From Phoronis australis (taxonomy: Eukaryota; Animalia; Phoronida), in NCBI GenBank assembly GCA_002633005.1, contig NMRA01000224.1:123988-187987 (forward strand): a stretch of 64,000 bases of DNA, written 5' to 3'. Below, piece after piece: positions 63,701 through 64,000 of this stretch (positions are counted from its first letter, which is position 1; each line of letters opens with the position of its first letter). A model generated the notes under the pieces. That model was not told the DNA's origin. It worked only from the letters and a program-made list of their open reading frames with translations, and searched no databases. The position numbers and the translations under genes were made by a program.

Positions 63701-63851
63701 ACTACGTTATGTTGGTGTGTAATGGGTTGTGTACTCAGCTGTTTCGTATTGATCAATTATTTGTGAGGACATCTGTTGACAGGATCTGGAGAATCAAATG
63801 AATATGGCCGAGAAGCTTCGCATCACCCTGTTGAAGGACTTCTTCGTGTAG
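51752..63851 (+). CDS. ARIH2: Ariadne-2 RBR E3 ubiquitin ligase, 483 aa. Coding exons: 51752-51979, 52535-52666, 54464-54589, 55413-55562, 55870-55979, 56697-56814, 57131-57227, 57968-58092, 58548-58691, 59389-59457, 60805-60888, 63783-63851
   Basis: Exons sum to 1452 nt in frame, all GT-AG. N-terminus MSVDMKSQ plus acidic tract; RING1 ([14 protein letters not shown]); IBR ([22 protein letters not shown]); [16 protein letters not shown]; RING2 with catalytic Cys ([13 protein letters not shown]); Ariadne domain ([43 protein letters not shown]). Confidence 0.96.
52265..52484. mobile_element. Short degenerate relative of the 13841-16629 element
   Basis: Begins TA|CGGTAAAAATTCTACATTTGGGA and ends AATTTTCACTG. 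Confidence 0.45.
52667..53465. repeat. 21-bp minisatellite x ~38 starting at the ARIH2 exon-2 donor
   Basis: Unit GTAGGTGACATGTGCAGCTAT with variants (..TCCACCTAT, ..TGCACATAT, CTAGG..). Confidence 0.98.
54587..54701. repeat. 28-bp tandem repeat x ~4 starting at the ARIH2 exon-3 donor
   Basis: Unit GTGAGTCTATGTGGTTCTGTTTTACATT; the first copy is shorter. Confidence 0.92.
55963..56212. repeat. ~66-bp tandem repeat x4 spanning the ARIH2 exon-5 donor
   Basis: TGTAACACCGCCTTTTG|GTGAGTCT..CTAGGA... repeated with decay. Confidence 0.9.
56428..56537. repeat. 26-bp tandem repeat x4
   Basis: Unit AACACAGCATCACTGTGTACATATCT. Confidence 0.93.
57414..57537. repeat. 24-bp tandem repeat x5
   Basis: Unit TTCAGCTCCAGTAGGGTAGTTCTC. 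Confidence 0.95.
58966..59075. mobile_element. ~110-bp palindromic MITE, copy 2 (opposite orientation)
   Basis: Same family as 9443-9551; the loop sequence is reverse-complemented. Confidence 0.7.
60367..60476. mobile_element. ~110-bp palindromic MITE, copy 3
   Basis: Same family and orientation as 9443-9551. Confidence 0.75.
60674..60795. repeat. 39-bp tandem repeat x3 abutting the ARIH2 exon-11 acceptor
   Basis: Unit GATTGTGTTAACTTGTTGTGGACAGCTGATATTCATGTT. Confidence 0.93.
61237..62646 (-). mobile_element. Second Kolobok-type element (1410 bp) in the last ARIH2 intron
   Basis: TTAA on both sides (61233-61236, 62647-62650). TIRs AGGATAATGCCATC vs AGGAGAGTGCCGTC (reverse complement), 11/14. 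Carries a THAP ORF. Confidence 0.8.
62099..62497 (-). pseudogene. Degenerate THAP-domain ORF
   Basis: [34 protein letters not shown]. The second N-terminal Zn-ligand Cys and the AVP proline are altered, and no ATG start was seen in frame. Confidence 0.75.
62662..62763. repeat. ~21-bp degenerate tandem repeat next to the Kolobok end
   Basis: TTATTCAAGCTTGGACAATA-like unit x5. Confidence 0.8.
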
Positions 63852-64000
63852 TTACTACGACATGGTCACATGACACTTGCCATCACCCTATTGGACGACT
63901 TCCATGTAGCGTTTTCTGCGCATCTCGCGATACTCATAAGTTTCACCAAGAAGACTGCTATTGTTTGTAGGTTACATCCACATTGTTGCCATGGTACTAT

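Noticed and set aside
280-63851. Functional cluster of the four genes
   Set aside because: DNA repair, cilium, piRNA and ubiquitin-ligase genes share no clear pathway; adjacency alone is not evidence without synteny data.

Overview
Intron-rich animal genomic DNA, AT-rich, with three N-gaps. It looks like an invertebrate bilaterian, possibly a lophotrochozoan (inference). Four spliced genes were reconstructed by hand from splice sites, codon phase and remembered family motifs; no database search was run. (1) The 5' part of FBH1/FBXO18 (minus strand, runs off the left edge). (2) CEP41 (plus, 10 coding exons, 342 aa), head-to-head with FBH1, with a U12-type intron and a candidate alternative first exon. 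(3) A MOV10L1/Armitage-type piRNA helicase (minus, 13 coding exons, 1604 aa) with a GC-AG intron and a ~510-aa acidic, repeat-built C-terminal tail. (4) ARIH2/Ariadne-2 RBR ligase (plus, 12 coding exons, 483 aa), divergent from MOV10L1. Introns and intergenic DNA hold many non-autonomous DNA transposons: two decayed THAP-encoding Kolobok-type elements, hAT-type elements flanked by 8-bp, 5-bp and ~195-bp duplications, a TA-flanked 2.8-kb element, Helentron/HINE-like elements and hairpin MITEs. There are also many minisatellites. The most unusual patterns are tandem repeats that start at splice donors and copy them (at least 6 cases, two in frame), a nested hAT with a ~195-bp flanking duplication, and the MOV10L1 tail. 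Most short ORFs in the supplied track are spurious.
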